Shown here piece after piece: positions 25,401 to 37,715 of a DNA stretch of 64,000 nucleotides. This DNA is from Leptogorgia sarmentosa. Lineage: Eukaryota. Below the pieces are notes generated by a model. That model did no database searches and was not told the origin of the DNA. It saw only the letters and a program-made list of their open reading frames with translations. Every line of letters begins with the position of its first letter. Position 1 is the first letter of the stretch. Location of the stretch: positions 19,468,001 through 19,532,000 of the forward strand of contig OZ210885.1 of assembly GCA_964658305.1 (NCBI GenBank), in the 5' to 3' direction. Both the position numbers and the translations under genes were made by a program.

Positions 25401-26252
25401 AACGAATGTATTTGACCACACTTTGGCTTTGACGGTCCAGCTGCAGCAGAGGAGAATGGATATTGCTGAGTCGCTGAAGCAGATTAACCTTTTGAAAGCC
25501 CAGATGGCGACCCTGCAGGCTGAAGTAGACGAGTATCACAATCTGTACTACGATCAAGCTCTGAAGCTAGCTGCGAAGCTCGAATTGCATGAAAAGATTC
25601 CTCGAATGTGCAAAACCCAAATTCACTGTGATAATTACTCAGTTTCCAGTGCATGTGATTTGCACAGAGTTAAGCTTACCATCCCACTCCTTCACCATAT
25701 TATCGAAGAATTAGAGCATCGTTTTCCATCTGAGATGTGCGACCTCTACAACGGTTTTTACATTATACCCAGCAAGTTTCTTCACTGTATTGACGTTGAT
25801 TGGAAGTCCGAGTTTATGAAATTCATGGAAGCCTACAGGGATGACATGCCAAACTATCGCACAATTCACGCTGAACTAGATCTTTGGGAGACAAGTTGGA
25901 AGAAGGGTTTTGAAAAGTTGGAGTATGACAACATTGCTGAAACCCTGAAAAACTGCAATGAACTTGCCTTTCCAAATATTTTTGTAGCACTGAAAATTCT
26001 GGCAGTGGTTCCAGTAACTACTTGCGAATGTGAAAGATCGATTTCGGCATTACTGCGCATGAAGACATGGTTGAGAAGCAGGATGACAAAGAGAGATTAA
26101 CTGGATTGGCATTGATGCATATCAATAATCATGTTGAAGTAGATGTTGGGCAGGTGATCGATACGTTTGCACAACAAAACCCCAGGCGAATGAAATTCCT
26201 CGATGTATTGGATGATCATGAGGACAGGGATACCAAGGAAACCGTTACATAA
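22403..26252 (+). pseudogene. Spliced vertnin-like OTU - hAT transposase fusion (PRKRIR/ZMYM1-like transposase), frameshifted
   Basis: OTU-like exon ending NFQPNHFVPLV; TTF-type finger WLCYSK..GAFCVSC; LADEASD, QGYDGAS, VHCS, TRW, dimerisation PVTTCECERS. Confidence 0.85.
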
Positions 26253-26309
26253 TCCATTTTGCCTTGAATCTTTCAAAAATATTTTTAATTACCGTTACAA
26301 AAATCCTTT

Positions 26310-27165
26310 CCTCGTGTTGGAAGATATTTACCGTGAACATTTTCCTTGAACATTTTTCTCATTATTAATCGTGCCATCTGCTGCTGTTGGAAGACATTTT
26401 ACCTTGAACATTTTTCTCATTATTAATCGTGTCATCTGCTGCTGTTGGAAGACATTTTACCTTGAACATTTTTCTCATTATTAATCGTGCCATCGCCCAT
26501 CTGCTGCTGTTGGAAGACATTTTACCTTGAGCATTTTTCTCATTATTAATCGTGTCACCTGCTGCTGTTGGAAGACATTTTACCTTGAACATTTTTCTCA
26601 TTATTAATCGAGCCAACTGCTGCTGTTGGAAGACATTTTCCCTTGAACATTTTTCTCATTATTAATCGTCCCATCTGCTGCTGTTGGAAGACATTTTACC
26701 TTGAACATTTTTCTCATTAATCGTGCCATCTGCTGCTGTTAGAAGACATTTTACCTTGAACATTTTTCTAATTATTAATCGTGTCATCTGCTGCTGTTGG
26801 AAGACATTTTACCTTGAACATTTTTCTCATTATTAATCGTGCCATCGCCCATCTGCTGCTGTTGGAAGACATTTTCCCTTGAACATTTTTCTCATTATTA
26901 ATCGTGCCATCTGCTGCTGTTGGAGGAAATCTACCTTTGAAAATTGTACTCATTATATTTATTATACTTATTATCCTGCTGCTGTTGGAGGAAATCTACC
27001 TTTGAACATTGTACTTATTATACTTATTATCCTGCTGCTGTTGGAGGAAATCTACCTTTGAACATTGTACTTATTAAACTCATCATCCTGCTGCCCTTGG
27101 AAGAAATCTATCTTTGAACATTGTACTTATTAAACTCATTATCCTGCTGCTGTTGGAAGATTATA
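26310..27165 (+). repeat. 58-bp minisatellite in the hAT 3' region
   Basis: Unit CTGCTGTTGGAAGACATTTTACCTTGAACATTTTTCTCATTATTAATCGTGCCATCTG, about 14 copies that diverge toward the right. Confidence 0.95.
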
Positions 27166-28069
27166 CTTATCCTGCTGTCGACGGAGGAAATTTGGACAAT
27201 TGCACTTCGGAACTTACAGTATTGGCGAAGCATCAATTTCTGATAAACTGTGAAACCATGCTCCTGTTGACTGCAGTACGTTATACATATGTAGGCGGGG
27301 AGGCGGTGCCTAAGCAATTTCTTCACTGTGTTTTCACAGAAAGAAAATGGTTATGCGTCTACTCTCTTGCCGTTATTCCTTTCTCTCTGAAGTGTAAAGG
27401 TGAGTAGAAATCAGAAGAGACGAAAGGTGAGTGGAAACCGGATGGTAATCATACTTGGTAATCATACTTGTTTTGTATAGGTCTAGTTTATTTTCGATGT
27501 AATTCATAATAGCTTCATCGTCTTGTGTATTAGTGATGTTTTATCCACATTTTTTCTGCAATTCCGCCTCTATTTTGCTCAGTTTGAAAGGTGTATTTGT
27601 CTTTGAAAGGTTCGCTCAGAATGCCGGAAATGCCATTTGCGAGGTCCGAATTTCAAAAATTTTCCGGGGGGAATGCCCCCCGGACTGGACCCAACTAATT
27701 TGCTGTGAGTCTTTATCCGAGTACCGGTCAAACAAAATGCTGGATCCGCCCCTGAACAGAGGGCATTTTCTACCATGTTTTAGCAGCTAAAATTCCTTCA
27801 AAACTAACGTTGATCTCAATAAAATTTCTGTAGCATAAACATTTCTCCATGAGCTTCGAAAGAATCTATGCTTCGACATACAATTTGCACAAAAAAGGTA
27901 TATTTGCCGTGACAAAAACCAAACCATGTTGGCACAAGAGATGAAAATCGAAGAAATGATGAACACCGCCAGCGAATATGTAACCAGCGGAGACAAAATT
28001 CCCACATCTCTTTAATATAATTCTTTTCTCATTGACAAATAAAGGTTTTCTGTCTATCTAAGCATAGGA

Positions 28070-28442
28070 TTTAGGAAACTGTATTCTCTGGATTTCTGGC
28101 GAAGAAGCTTTACCTGGTCCAACTTTAAATTTTCCAAGAACAGCTTCAACTGGTACAAGACTATTTTCTCTTGCAAATACAAGTTGTTGGAACTAGTATT
28201 GATTGTTGTTTTGCCAACTTGTTCATCGTCAAATTTTATATATAAGACAGTTGATATGTTGATACAATTGATATCGATTTTAATTACTGTACCCAGTCGA
28301 TCTTTTATGTTGATATTTGTCGTAAGCATTATTCTGGCTCCTTCTTTAATTTGAATTTCAAAATCAAGTCTGCATGTTTCAGATCGTTCTCTTGCTAAAA
28401 TTTTATCAATGTCCTGTTTGTTCAGATGTTTCAGATACTGAT
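28070..28442 (-). pseudogene. Helitron PIF1 helicase fragment, 3' piece
   Basis: GARIMLTTNINIKDRL..QRIQFP; reads continuously with the 38498 piece across the CTGAT TSD. Confidence 0.8.
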
Positions 28443-28630
28443 TGTTACGGACAGTGTATAAATTATTGCACTATTGGAACACGTGAAACTTCCTTTGGGA
28501 AAAACACTGACTTAAAAACATTTTGAGTAAATTTAAAATTTTTGTAATTTTCATGTGGGTTTTGGTTCATATTTTGGTGGAATAAAAAACAGGTTTAACC
28601 GATTGTTGATGGTCACAGTCGGATATAACA
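28443..28630 (+). repeat. BEL-A 5' LTR (lacks ~35 bp present in the 3' LTR)
   Basis: TGTTAC...ATAACA, near identical to 38276-38497. Confidence 0.95.
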
Positions 28631-31600
28631 TTGGTCCTAATTCGAACCGGATTTAAACGAGCGAAAATTATGTGGGAAGGTGAAAATGGCGCTGATAGCG
28701 ATCAGAGCTCCGTGGATGTAAATAAAACATATGGTTTGGTGGATTCAACATCGGAGATTACGAGGCTAAGTAAACGGCGTGACATTTTAAAGCGACGAAT
28801 CACAACTACGTTGGGAAAACTCTATAGTATTTTCGAAACAGAAGGTCAGTCTGTAAAACATGGCGTCAAAACACGAATTATGGGATATGTAAGCAGTGCA
28901 TTAGACTATTTATGTCAAGCTGAGAAGTTAAATGATCAAATTTTGATATTGGTTCACGAGGATAAGCAGGAAGAAGTACTAATGTGGTACGAGGAGCAAT
29001 TGGAAAAGGTTAACGAAGCTAAATTGAGAGCAGAGATTTATTTTGATGAACAAAAGAGAACAAGCCCTTCACCACCTGGTTCTGTGGCTGGATCTCATGC
29101 TGGGAGATCAATAGTTTCACATTCTTCAACGTCCTCAACATCTGCTCACCTCAAAGCTAAACAGCAAATTCTTGAAGAATTGAGAAAAAAGAAGGGGAGT
29201 ATCAAAGACAAGTGGAGTTGAAAAGACGAGCTGAGAAGGCACAGGAGGAACTAAATCATGCTCAAATGGAAGCAGAGTCGAGAAGAAAGACCCAAGAAGC
29301 AGTGGATGAAGCCAAATGTCTAGCAGCCGAAGCTGACATCTTGGAGAGTAGCACTATTGATAACCCAGAAAATCTGGAAAATAGACTGGGGGACTTTGAG
29401 GATGAAATTGAAGTTGAAGGTGAGAAATCTTCTAATTTAAGCTTATCGAATGCTGATATAATGAAAGAAGTTCACTCCAAAGCATTGCCAATTGTCAAGG
29501 ACAAAGTTTTACCTAGCCAAGTTGAAGATACAGATAAACCTGTTAAACCCATACAAGGACAAACAAGCACAGGTACTAATGGGGGTGCCAATACACCCGG
29601 GACAACAGGAGGGTCATGGATTAAGAATTTACAGGACGGTGATGAATCTGTTCCAAGCCCCTCAAATAATGGAGCTTTGTCCAACCAACTACCAAAGTTA
29701 AATGTAGGTTTGTTTGACGGGGACCCGCTTAATTGGGCTGATTGGTCGTCAAGGTTCAAAGCAGTTATACATGATGCGAAGATTTCAAAGAATGCAAAAA
29801 TGCAGCACCTCCAGAGAAATGTAACTGGACTAGCAAAAACTGGCATCGAAGGATATGGTTATAGTGGAGAGTCTTATTTTGAAGCCCTGCGAGAACTGGA
29901 GATCAGATTTGGTAAACCATCCCTGGTTATTCAAGCTATCCTTGGTAAATTACGAAAGGCAAACCGACTGACACAAGAGAGCAAGCCAGGTGATATCAGA
30001 AGCCTGTCAGACTTGATCACGACTACAGTGTGGATATTGAAACGATTTGGTTATGCAAATGACCTCGCAGCTCAGGCCAACCTTAGCCTGGCTGAAAGCA
30101 AGCTCTCAAATGATCTGAAAATTAAATGGAGAGAACATATTAAACATCAGAATCTATCCCAACCTTGTCTAACTGATTTGTCCCTGTGGTTAAAAGATCA
30201 AGCCGCCATGTATGACGAGTTAATCCTGCCCAAGAAACCACCTCCAAAATGGTCGCCTAACCCCAATCGCCATTGGAAAGGCAAATCAGGTGACAATACA
30301 ACTTCCAATGAAAACACGCTGGCAGGATCCGTATCAAGTAAACCTAATTGTATCATGAATGATAATCGACAGCATAGTTTGTGGGAATGCCCCAAATTCC
30401 TAAGTATGAATGTGGAGAATCGACTAAAAGAAGTCAGAGGACATGGCCTATGTTTCTCATGCCTAGGTCGACGACACTGGTCGAGTCAATGTCGCTCAAA
30501 GAAGAAGTGTGGGGTGAATGGTTGTTCAAAGTCCCACCATGCTCTCCTGCATAGTGTTCCCACAACGGAGGAACCCACCCAAGCAAATGGTAACCTTGGT
30601 ACAGGGGTGAATGAACATTCGAATGCATCCCATACTAATTCCAAGTTCCAAGTTCTTTTACAAGTGGTTCCAATTTCTGCCTATGGTCCAAAGGGAAGTA
30701 TTAATACATATGCATTGCTGAATACTGGCAGTACATGTACTTTGGTCACCAGAGAGATTGCCAATAAACTGGGACTAAAAGGTCAAAAGCAGAATCTTAC
30801 ACTTAATGGTATTCAAGAGTCAACAGTGTTATCGTCAGAGAGGGTAGATGTTCAAGTCAGCGCAATGAATGAAAGCAGTCTGCGACACAAAGTCAACAAT
30901 GCAGTTGTTCTTGAACACTTGAATGTCCCAAAAGGAAAGGTCAACCTACCTGAATTGAAGTCCAGATGGCCACATTTGGAAGATTTGGATCTGCCAATGG
31001 TGGATGGATCGCAAGTCACAATGCTTATTGGAAGCGATGCCGCTGAGTTAATTGTCCCAGTGGAATCACGGATCGGACCGAGAGGATCACCTATTGCAGT
31101 CTGCTCCAAACTTGGATGGTCAGTAACTGGTCGTCTACCCGGTTATATACAAGAGTGCAAGGGAATCTACTTCACACAAGTTTCTACACCCGAAGACCAG
31201 CTTCACGAAAGTGTTAAATCCTGGTGGCGTACAGAGACTTTTGGATGTAAGTACGACAACAATCTATTGAAGACGAAAGAATCCTTGAGTTCCTTGACAA
31301 GACGACTCGCAAGGTAAATGATCAATACGAAGTCGGATTGCTTTGGAAGGACAACAGCGTAACTCTTCCAAATAACCGCAGTGTCGCAGAACACCGCCTA
31401 AATATGCTCGAAAGGAGACTCCAAAGGGACCCAAACTTAGCTGCTGCCTACACAAAAACCATTCAGACTGATATCGAAAAGGAGTACATTGAAAAGCTGA
31501 ACCCATCTGAGGTAACCAAGACGGAAAGCAAGCAGTGGTTTCTTCCACATCATCCGGTTACTAGTGTGCATAAGCCTGGAAAAGTCAGAAGAGTGGGTGA

Positions 31601-32457
31601 TGCGGCAGCGAAGTTTGGTGGTTCCTCGTTAAACGATCATTTGGTCACTGGTCCAGACCTGCTCAACTCACTTGTAGGAGTTTTAATGCGGTTCCGTGAA
31701 GAACGAGTTGCACTAGCAGCAGACATTGAGTCCATGTTTAATCAGGTTGCTGTCCCTCAGCATGATAGAAGTGTCCTTAGATTCCTTTGGTCCGAATCAC
31801 CCACCTCAGAGAGGGATGTTTATCAATACACGTGTCACATATTTGGAGCGAAGTGTGCGCCAACATGTGCCAACTACGCGCTCGTCAGAAATGCAAGGGA
31901 CAATCAAGCGAAGTATCCGGAAGCAGCTACCGCCGTAGAACGGAACTTTTATATGGACGATTTCTTTAAGTCTGTGGAATCCAAAACAAATGCCGTTGAA
32001 TTACATCACCAGTTAGTGAATCTACTGAACATTGGTCATTTCCACCTGACGAAATGGATATCCAACGTCCCAGAAGTGATCGAGGAAATACCCGAGATCG
32101 AAAGGGCTCCATCTGTAAAAGTGGTGAACGACGAGATCGTCATGCCAGTGGAGCGCGCACTTGGGATTGGTTGGAACACGAAGACGGATTGTCTAGTTTA
32201 CAGTGTGAAGAAGAAGCCTTTAGCCGACACGCGACGTAAGGTTCTGAGCTTAATCGCCACATTGTATGACCCTCTGGGTTTTCTGGCACCATTCCTGATT
32301 AGAGCAAAGATGTTCCTCCAAGAGATATGGCAACTCGGTATTGGATGGGATGATACATTACCTCAAACATTCCTGGACAAATGGTCCGAATGGCAGAATG
32401 AGCTCGATAGTCTTGTCGATATAGTCCTACCTCGTTTTTATCGTCTTCGATTTTTAT

Positions 32458-33175
32458 CGAAGCACCATCGCTAGCGTAGCCAACACAGTCCACCAAATCG
32501 AGTTTAATTTCGGTAAGGCAATCTTTGATGGCATTAAAAAGATCGTCTGCAGAAGTGTGGACAACAGGAATCAGGTCAACAAACGCGGTGAGGATATTCT
32601 TCTCGACTTCGCTGTAATACCGTACGATAACGCAGAGTTGCTTTGCAGTAGAAACATCGGTAGATTCATCGACAATTAATGAAAACTTTTTTCCCTGGAC
32701 ATCAGCAATCAATTGTTCCTTCAATGTTGGACTGACAACGTTCGTCAAAATTTTTGTGCACTTTTGTCTGTGCATTTTAATGTTCCCGAGTTTGCTTCCT
32801 TGCGCATTGCGGGCGATTATCTCTCCGAGATGATCCATAGTCAAAATTGCGGAATAGCATGCCATTGTGACAGCTAGCTCAATCTCTGTGACCTTTACTT
32901 CGTCCGCAACTTTCGGGACACGTACGACTTGGATGGGCTTTGTAGTAGTAGAAACTTTCTCGCGTTTCTTTGTCAAGTTAGCTTGTTTGGGTCTGATCGT
33001 GGCATGGCACAGCTTACAAAAAGCATCTTCACTGCCGTCCGAAGCTTTGGTGAGCCAGTCAAATTTACCTTCCCAATCTTTGTGGTACTTTCTCCCGCTA
33101 TCGTAGGTTCCCTTCCATTTTGACGCCATAAATTTTTAACGCAAAACTCTCATCAATATTTATGATTTTAGATCA
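32458..33175 (-). repeat. Partial duplicate of the hAT transposase 5' region (copy of 36648-37365) inside BEL pol
   Basis: Constant 4190-bp offset; about 3 substitutions by eye; no TIR or 8-bp TSD. Confidence 0.95.
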
Positions 33176-34766
33176 GAATGAGCTCGATATAGTCCTACCT
33201 CGTTTTTATCGTCACATCGCGGATAAGCCAGTTGACACCCAACTACACGTATTTGGGGATGCGAGCGAACGTGCGTTTGGGGCAGTAGCGTATTTCAGAT
33301 TTGCCTACGCAAGTGGTGTAATTCGTTGTACATTTATCACTGCCAAGACTCGGGTAGCGCCGCAGAAGAGACTCAGTATCCCAAGACTTGAACTGCAAGC
33401 AGCAGTTCTTGGTGTACGTATGGCTGAAATGATCATCCGAGAACACGATTACGTCATTAACTACGTGTATTACTGGAGCGATAGCAGTTCAGTGTTGTAT
33501 TGGATACACGGTGCAACAAAACGACAACCTCCATTTATCGCGAACAGAATCGGAGAAATTCTAGATTCTTCAGATCCTAGCCAGTGGCATCATTGCCCCG
33601 GCAAGCTAAACCCTGCAGATGACTGTAGTAGGGGTTTAACATCCAAAGAAATTACATCCGAGAGCCGCTGGATGAATGGCCCTGCGTACTTACTTTTGTC
33701 ACAGGAGATGTGGCCAAAGAAAGATATGAATCCCGAAGTTCACCGCGTTGAAAGGGTTCAAGAAGGATGCTCAACTGACTTGTGGACATGTGTTGGAACA
33801 CAAGAAGCAAGCTCATTGATAGACCTGGGCAAGTACTCACAGCTCACAAAGGTAGTCCGTACAGCTGCCTATGTTATCCGTTTCCTGGAAAACTGTCGAA
33901 GATCCATGTCCGACCGTCCTGGGAAGTTTGATATTGACCGTGGAAGAAATCCAATCGGCAAGAAGAATTTTACTAAAGATCGCACAACGAGAATCATTTC
34001 CTCAGGAAGTTATAGCTCTTCAGAAAGGCAAGCCAGTTCCTGTGAGAAGTAGATTGGTAACTTTATCGCCGTTTACGGACGGAGACGGTATAATTAGAGC
34101 TGGTGGGCGTATCGATAAAGCAGATATCCCCCTTTGAAACGAAGCATCCCGTTGTTCTTGCCCCTGACCACGAGCTAACCCGATTGATAATAATGGATTA
34201 CCATAGAAGGCTTCATCACAAGGGAGTAGATCACCTACGAAATGAGATGCGACAACGGTACTGGGTACTTCGTGGCCGTACGACAATCCGTAAGCTTCTG
34301 CATCAATGTTCTTATTGTAAGAAGCGTCGAGTACGACCCGAACCACCAAGAATGGCTGGACTACCTCGCGATCGTTTGCAAGTAGCACCCGTTTTTTCTA
34401 AAGTGGGCGTAGATTATTTTGGTCCATTGACCGTAAAACATCTGAGGAAGACAGAAAAGAGATATGGTTGTCTCTTCACATGTCTAATAACGCGCGGAGT
34501 TCATTTGGAAGTGGCCCACTCTTTAGACACTGACTCATTTGTCATGTGCTTCGCAGGTTTATTGCTAGAAGAGGAAAACCAAGCATTATTTACTCGGATA
34601 ATGGCACCAATTTCGTCGGAGCAAACCGTGAACTTCGCGAGAGCCTTACTGAGTGGAATCAAGAAAAGATTGCAAATATGCTAAGTCAGCAAGAAATCAA
34701 ATGGGTATTCAACCCCCCGGCCGCTCCCCATATGGGGGGAGTTTGGGAGCGCTTGGTACGTTCAAC

Positions 34767-37715
34767 CAGGGTTGTTAGACTCCTGCGCAGCCTTGGAGCC
34801 AAATATAGTTTGAAAAGTGGCCAAAATCGACCAAAAGAGGCCAAACTACTATTTTTTCAAAGAAGCCAAAAACAACTCGTTTCTTGAGCCTGCGTTCCCT
34901 TCGGTATGTGGTGGGCCCATTGGGTGGGCCTGGTGGCATATCGTCCCCACCATTATATACTTCATGTGACCCCTATCATAATGTATCGGATACAGACCCC
35001 CACCCTACCCCCACCCTAACCCCACTCTAGCCAGGAGTTTACTATGGCAATTGGCAAGCTCGTGCCCAGGACTTTTGATTCCTCGGTTGAGTAATTAGTA
35101 CTTGCCAGTTCCCACCTGACTTTGGTAGTCCATACATAAAGAGAGCACTGGTTGACCGAGTGGGAAAAAGATAATGTTACAAACAACTACTGGATGTCAA
35201 AACATTTATTAACAAGCGTTACAAGCCTCGACAAGCACAAGGCAAAAGTACAAAATTTTAAAATAAAGTGTTGATATTTTATCAGTCTTTCTGTCCGACC
35301 TCAATGTCATAGACATAATTGTCATTGTCACTCTGAAATAAATATAGATATATAATTATATATGTATAGACTGTTTAATCTTTGTCCTCCTCACATTCAT
35401 AGTTCATACATATGTTTGGCGGTAAACAACTCAAGCATTTGCTCAGTCACTTTAAAGTTAATGCAGCAGTTCTCGGCAAATTGAAGCTTGGAGCGAATAC
35501 GAATGATGGCGTTCAGCAATTCCAATCCCATCCTATTACGTTGTTTGGTCTTCACCGCCGTCACCAGGGAAAAGGTTCTTTCCACCACTGCATTGCTTAC
35601 AGGATTCGTCAGGCAGTCTAAGGCGTAAGTTGCTAATTCTTTGAACGGTTTGTCTCCAAGAGAAGTTTGGAACTGAACGATCCGAGACCAAAATGTGACC
35701 GTTGTATCAGGTATGGTGCCATTGAAAATTGGATCCTCCTTCCAATCTCGGTGCACAATATTTCTGTACTGCTCCTCTATCGCGTTACCTTTCTCTTCTC
35801 GTAAATGAGGAAGCGGCAGCTGACTGAATTGGACTCTTGTTGTTGCATTAAGGACTTTATTTGGGTGAAGGGCGCTTAAACCTTTGAAGATGTTACGGGC
35901 AGCAGGTAGACGTTTCTCCACTTGATTTACAGCCTCCAGAAGCAAGTCTAGACACCGTTTTTTCACTTTCAGAACTTTAGCTTCAGCACTTGCTTTGTCT
36001 TGTTGGGAAGAAATGTATTTCATTGCTTCAGACAAGAACTTTCCGCCAAAGTCAACCTTATGAATGGCAAGTGGTTTTCCTTCCAGGTCAAAAACTCTAC
36101 CGCGTAGGCTTTTATTGTGCGAATTCAATTCCGTGTACATTTCTTCTGGATCAGCATCTGTTGCCTGGAAGAAAGCGTTCACCCTGTCGAATTCGGTGAC
36201 TAGAGGCGAAACGAAGTGGAAATATAGATACAGGATCGGATCGTTGAGCATGTCCAGGAGAATACGTGCCTTGAAACGTGCCGCCTGCGTACTTTGTGGT
36301 TGTGCTGTAAGGAAGTAGGTTTTCAACTCATTCCAGTTTGTGAGAATACGAAAGATAATCTTTCCCCTCACCAGCCACCTTGTGGTAGAATACTTCTCAA
36401 ACGGTGCCTTCTGGTCATCATCGGGATTCATCACTTCGTAGAGCGTCTTGTATTCTTCTGTTCTTACAGTGCTCTTTGAGAACCATTTGGGAATTTCTGC
36501 CAGAAGAAATCCAAGACTCGACGGGAACTTCTCAAACGCATGCTGAACACAAAGGGACAACAAATGGCAAATACACGTCATCTTGATGCAGTGCGGAGCA
36601 ACAGCAGCTATTCTTGTCCACACCGAATTGTGTTCACCAACCATCACCGAAGCACCATCGCTAGCGTAGCCAACACAGTCCACCAAATCGAGTTTAATTT
36701 CGGTAAGGCAATCTTTGATGGCATTAAAAAGATCGTCTGCAGAAGTGTGGACAACAGGAATCAGGTCAACAAACGCGGTGAGGATATTCTTCTCGACTTC
36801 GCTGTAATACCGTACGATAACGCAGAGTTGCTTTGCAGTAGAAACATCGGTAGATTCATCGACAATTAATGAAAACTTTTTTCCCTGGACATCAGCAATC
36901 AATTGTTCCTTCAATGTTGGACTGACAACGTTCGTCAAAATTTTTGTGCACTTTTGTCTATGCATTTTAATGTTCCCGAGTTTGCTTCCTTGCGCATTGC
37001 GGGTGATTATCTCTCCGAGATGATCCATAGTCAAAATTGCGGAATAGCATGCCATTGTGACAGCTAGCTCAATCTCTGTGACCTTTACTTCGTCCGCAAC
37101 TTTCGGGACACGTACGACTTGGATGGGCTTTGTAGTAGTAGAAACTTTCTCGCGTTTCTTTGTCAAGTTAGCTTGTTTGGGTCTGATCGTGGCATGGCAC
37201 AGCTCACAAAAAGCATCTTCACTGCCGTCCGAAGCTTTGGTGAGCCAGTCAAATTTACCTTCCCAATCTTTGTGGTACTTTCTCCCGCTATCGTAGGTTC
37301 CCTTCCATTTTGACGCCATAAATTTTTAACGCAAAACTCTCATCAATATTTATGATTTTAGATCATCTAACTTATATAACTAGCCGCTGAGGCGGACGTC
37401 TGCGAAGACAGCGATTGTTTAATTGTTATTGGTTAGTTTATCGGCATTACAGTTGGCTGAAAATACAACTAGATTATCCTTTATCCATATGGTTATTTTT
37501 TTAAATTTGCATTACAAATCAACCTCTCAGATCATTTATTATACATCTAAGTGATTTTCACAACTAAAGATCAATATAATTCTAAAGAAAAATTTTGAAG
37601 TGAAAAGAGGCCAAAAAGTAGCCAAATGGCCAAAAAAAATTTTCCAGGCCAAACAAGAAAAAAAAAGGCCAAAATCGAGTTATTTGGCCTCAAAAAGGCC
37701 AATATAACAACCCTG
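34767..37715 (-). mobile_element. Full-length hAT transposon inserted in the BEL-A integrase
   Basis: TIR CAGGGTTGTTA / TAACAACCCTG; perfect 8-bp TSD CGTTCAAC; GGCCAAA subterminal repeats at both ends. Confidence 0.96.
35397..37319 (-). CDS. hAT transposase (ZNF862-like), uninterrupted 640 aa
   Basis: VDESTD, SDGASVM, CICH, TRWL, PVSNAVVERTFS. Confidence 0.92.
   Translation of the reverse strand: MASKWKGTYDSGRKYHKDWEGKFDWLTKASDGSEDAFCELCHATIRPKQANLTKKREKVSTTTKPIQVVRVPKVADEVKVTEIELAVTMACYSAILTMDHLGEIITRNAQGSKLGNIKMHRQKCTKILTNVVSPTLKEQLIADVQGKKFSLIVDESTDVSTAKQLCVIVRYYSEVEKNILTAFVDLIPVVHTSADDLFNAIKDCLTEIKLDLVDCVGYASDGASVMVGEHNSVWTRIAAVAPHCIKMTCICHLLSLCVQHAFEKFPSSLGFLLAEIPKWFSKSTVRTEEYKTLYEVMNPDDDQKAPFEKYSTTRWLVRGKIIFRILTNWNELKTYFLTAQPQSTQAARFKARILLDMLNDPILYLYFHFVSPLVTEFDRVNAFFQATDADPEEMYTELNSHNKSLRGRVFDLEGKPLAIHKVDFGGKFLSEAMKYISSQQDKASAEAKVLKVKKRCLDLLLEAVNQVEKRLPAARNIFKGLSALHPNKVLNATTRVQFSQLPLPHLREEKGNAIEEQYRNIVHRDWKEDPIFNGTIPDTTVTFWSRIVQFQTSLGDKPFKELATYALDCLTNPVSNAVVERTFSLVTAVKTKQRNRMGLELLNAIIRIRSKLQFAENCCINFKVTEQMLELFTAKHMYEL

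Larger units (their letters stand above)
21865..27754 (+). mobile_element. Full-length hAT transposon
   Basis: 14-bp TIRs CAGGGGCGGATCCA / TGGATCCGCCCCTG; 8-bp TSD AACAGAAG / AACAGAGG (7/8 match). Confidence 0.93.

Noticed and set aside
24294..26100. Host THAP12/PRKRIR or ZMYM1 gene
   Set aside because: Lies between TIRs with a TSD and has frameshifts, so it is a transposon copy
26365..27061. ORFs with repeated MARLIMRKMFK peptides
   Set aside because: Translation artefacts of the minisatellite
26310..27165. CRISPR-like regular repeats
   Set aside because: Contiguous tandem units without unique spacers, no cas genes, eukaryotic context
32458..33175. Second independent hAT insertion
   Set aside because: Lacks both TIRs and an 8-bp TSD; junctions show filler and microhomology instead
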